Source: Naegleria gruberi
Lineage: Eukaryota
NCBI GenBank assembly: GCA_000004985.1
Contig: GG738957.1
Strand: one strand, 5' to 3'
Length of the DNA: 20,478 nucleotides
Positions within the stretch are counted from its first letter, which is position 1. Each line of letters starts with the position of its first letter. Positions 17,824 to 20,478 of the stretch are shown piece by piece. The notes beneath the pieces are model-generated. The model searched no databases, had not been told where the DNA came from, and saw nothing but the letters and a program-made list of their open reading frames with translations. Both the position numbers and the translations under genes were made by a program.

Positions 17824-19439
17824 NNNNNNNNNNNNNNNNNNNNNNNNNNNNNNNNNNNNNNNNNNNNNNNNNNNNNNNNNNNNNNNNNNNNNNNNNNNNN
17901 NNNNNNNNNNNNNNNNNNNNNNNNNNNNNNNNNNNNNNNNNNNNNNNNNNNNNNNNNNNNNNNNNNNNNNNNNNNNNNNNNNNNNNNNNNNNNNNNNNNN
18001 NNNNNNNNNNNNNNNNNNNNNNNNNNNNNNNNNNNNNNNNNNNNNNNNNNNNNNNNNNNNNNNNNNNNNNNNNNNNNNNNNNNNNNNNNNNNNNNNNNNN
18101 NNNNNNNNNNNNNNNNNNNNNNNNNNNNNNNNNNNNNNNNNNNNNNNNNNNNNNNNNNNNNNNNNNNNNNNNNNNNNNNNNNNNNNNNNNNNNNNNNNNN
18201 NNNNNNNNNNNNNNNNNNNNNNNNNNNNNNNNNNNNNNNNNNNNNNNNNNNNNNNNNNNNNNNNNNNNNNNNNNNNNNNNNNNNNNNNNNNNNNNNNNNN
18301 NNNNNNNNNNNNNNNNNNNNNNNNNNNNNNNNNNNNNNNNNNNNNNNNNNNNNNNNNNNNNNNNNNNNNNNNNNNNNNNNNNNNNNNNNNNNNNNNNNNN
18401 NNNNNNNNNNNNNNNNNNNNNNNNNNNNNNNNNNNNNNNNNNNNNNNNNNNNNNNNNNNNNNNNNNNNNNNNNNNNNNNNNNNNNNNNNNNNNNNNNNNN
18501 NNNNNNNNNNNNNNNNNNNNNNNNNNNNNNNNNNNNNNNNNNNNNNNNNNNNNNNNNNNNNNNNNNNNNNNNNNNNNNNNNNNNNNNNNNNNNNNNNNNN
18601 NNNNNNNNNNNNNNNNNNNNNNNNNNNNNNNNNNNNNNNNNNNNNNNNNNNNNNNNNNNNNNNNNNNNNNNNNNNNNNNNNNNNNNNNNNNNNNNNNNNN
18701 NNNNNNNNNNNNNNNNNNNNNNNNNNNNNNNNNNNNNNNNNNNNNNNNNNNNNNNNNNNNNNNNNNNNNNNNNNNNNNNNNNNNNNNNNNNNNNNNNNNN
18801 NNNNNNNNNNNNNNNNNNNNNNNNNNNNNNNNNNNNNNNNNNNNNNNNNNNNNNNNNNNNNNNNNNNNNNNNNNNNNNNNNNNNNNNNNNNNNNNNNNNN
18901 NNNNNNNNNNNNNNNNNNNNNNNNNNNNNNNNNNNNNNNNNNNNNNNNNNNNNNNNNNNNNNNNNNNNNNNNNNNNNNNNNNNNNNNNNNNNNNNNNNNN
19001 NNNNNNNNNNNNNNNNNNNNNNNNNNNNNNNNNNNNNNNNNNNNNNNNNNNNNNNNNNNNNNNNNNNNNNNNNNNNNNNNNNNNNNNNNNNNNNNNNNNN
19101 NNNNNNNNNNNNNNNNNNNNNNNNNNNNNNNNNNNNNNNNNNNNNNNNNNNNNNNNNNNNNNNNNNNNNNNNNNNNNNNNNNNNNNNNNNNNNNNNNNNN
19201 NNNNNNNNNNNNNNNNNNNNNNNNNNNNNNNNNNNNNNNNNNNNNNNNNNNNNNNNNNNNNNNNNNNNNNNNNNNNNNNNNNNNNNNNNNNNNNNNNNNN
19301 NNNNNNNNNNNNNNNNNNNNNNNNNNNNNNNNNNNNNNNNNNNNNNNNNNNNNNNNNNNNNNNNNNNNNNNNNNNNNNNNNNNNNNNNNNNNNNNNNNNN
19401 NNNNNNNNNNNNNNNNNNNNNNNNNNNNNNNNNNNNNNN
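17824..19439. other. Assembly gap (1616 N) between the unique subtelomeric sequence and the telomere-associated sequence.
   Basis: The run of n is continuous. The ORFs reported across it (17723..19462, 17752..19446 and 17769..19457) are artefacts of translating N. Confidence 0.99.
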
Positions 19440-20234
19440 GTATCAATAGTTATATGATTCATGATAGTTTAAAATTGACTTGGTCATCTAAGGACAGGTA
19501 ATTAAGGGTTGAATGAATTGATATGAAATTCAATACCAATTATTGATATACCATGTTAAATTGATCTATATATGATATTATAATTGAAAGATTTTAAAAT
19601 TAATATGATTTCATTTTCTTGATATTCATAATTCTCATGATTACACTCCTGACATGTTGAATGAGTTCAAATTGTCATGAGACTGATACAGTGGTGTTTA
19701 TTCATCATTGGCAAGGTACTGTATCAATTATATGATGATCTGTATAGTAGATGTCATTGTCACATCCCTGTAGGTATCAAGTGGATCAGCCATGTACCAT
19801 GTATGATATGGATGATCTTCAAAATCAAATAGATATATTTTATTATCATGTATAGATGTATTAGAAGTGAATTGAAGTGGGAAAGATTTCTATCTTCAGT
19901 GTTAGTATAGGTCAGTTGACAAGTTGAATAGTAAACATCCTGATATGATACCAAAGTATTTGAAATTGATATATATTGTTATTAACATGATTTAAAAGGT
20001 GATATATTGATTTGAAATGATTTTGAAATGTTTTCATTGATATTCTAATTGTCTAATCTATTATATGAAATTAACTTATATAAGTCATTATAATGATGTA
20101 ATATTATGTTATAATATGATTATATATTCAATTTGGAGTATATTGATATATAATATATTGATTTATAATGAGTATTTATTGAGATAATTAATTAAGATTA
20201 ATAAAAGTCAAAATGTTGGGTCTGACCTTAGTCG
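19440..20234. repeat. AT-rich, low-complexity telomere-associated (subtelomeric) sequence with short gatat/tgaaatg-type motif repeats; non-coding.
   Basis: Very low GC, with reiterated motifs such as gatatattgatttgaaatgattttgaaatg and tgatatataatatattgatttataatg. No credible ORF. It directly abuts the telomeric array. Confidence 0.6.
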
Positions 20235-20478
20235 TGGGTTTGGGTTTGGTTAACCTGGGGGTTGGGTTTGGGTTTGGGTTTGGGTTTGGGTTTGGGTTTG
20301 GGTTTGGGTTTGGGTTTGGGTTTGGGTTTGGGTTTGGGTTTGGGTTTGGGTTTGGGTTTGGGTTTGGGTTTGGGTTTGGGTTTGGGTTTGGGTTTGGGTT
20401 TGGGTTTGGGTTTGGGTTTGGGTTGGGTTTGGGTTTGGGTTTGGGTCTGGGTTTGGGTTTGGGTTTGGGTTTGGGTTA
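20235..20478 (+). repeat. Telomeric repeat array (TTTGGG)n, about 40 units, G-rich strand 5'->3' towards the window end, with degenerate proximal units and rare variants (GGGTT, GGGTCT).
   Basis: gggtttgggtttgggttt... repeats perfectly from about 20263 to 20478 and runs off the end. The proximal units are variants, gtgggtttgggtttggttaacctgggggtt. One 5-mer unit lies near 20424 and a C-variant near 20447. Confidence 0.9.

Noticed and set aside
17723-19462. Three >560-aa ORFs (two on the minus strand, one on the plus strand) made almost entirely of X.
   Set aside because: They are translations of the 1616-N assembly gap, not sequence.
20235-20478. Ciliate (Paramecium-like) origin, inferred from the G3T3 telomere.
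   Set aside because: Every long ORF is uninterrupted under the standard code, and the genes terminate with TAA, TAG or TGA. A TAA/TAG = Gln code is therefore excluded. The poly-N/Q tracts and the ACG-like cyclase point to an amoebozoan-type genome instead.
1-20478. Prokaryotic-style features such as operons, CRISPR arrays, RBS and rho-independent terminators.
   Set aside because: The sequence is eukaryotic, with spliceosomal introns, a telomere and poly-N/Q proteins. No repeat-spacer arrays are present.

Overview
This is AT-rich eukaryotic nuclear DNA read with the standard genetic code: the long ORFs end in TAA, TAG or TGA and coding regions carry poly-Asn/Gln tracts. It has short GT-AG introns of 44, 45 and 79 nt, which I found by hand and which the ORF track misses. 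The right end of the window is a chromosome end. The order there is unique sequence, a 1616-nt assembly gap (N run), about 0.8 kb of AT-rich subtelomeric sequence, and a terminal (TTTGGG)n array with the G-strand pointing 3' outward. Composition, poly-N/Q tracts and an ACG-like receptor cyclase with an extracellular sensor domain suggest a dictyostelid-like amoebozoan. That is inference, and ciliates are excluded because the code is standard. The window contains the following genes, left to right. (i) A multi-pass membrane protein on the minus strand with three exons and two tiny introns, running off the left edge. (ii) A mucin-like type-I membrane protein with a poly-Cys tail, plus a degenerate copy of its 3' end 150 bp downstream. 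(iii) An RGS + START-like protein. (iv) A convergent two-TM receptor-like RGS protein. (v) A BAHD/HXXXD acyltransferase. (vi) A two-exon receptor-type class III nucleotidyl cyclase with the topology TM, extracellular domain, TM, cyclase domain. (vii) A divergently transcribed trypsin-fold serine peptidase with C-terminal CxxC pairs. (viii) The most distinctive feature: an apparently intact 2.56-kb Mutator-like (MULE) DNA transposon. It is bounded by 36-55-bp imperfect terminal inverted repeats with subterminal TTCGCCAAT-type repeats, and it encodes a 677-aa transposase with D..D..CxxH..TNxxExxN signatures. It is the last gene before the telomere. Two RGS genes and the cyclase sit within 8 kb, so this subtelomere is enriched for G-protein/cyclic-nucleotide signalling receptors. 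All domain calls are by-eye motif matches and need HMM/BLAST confirmation.
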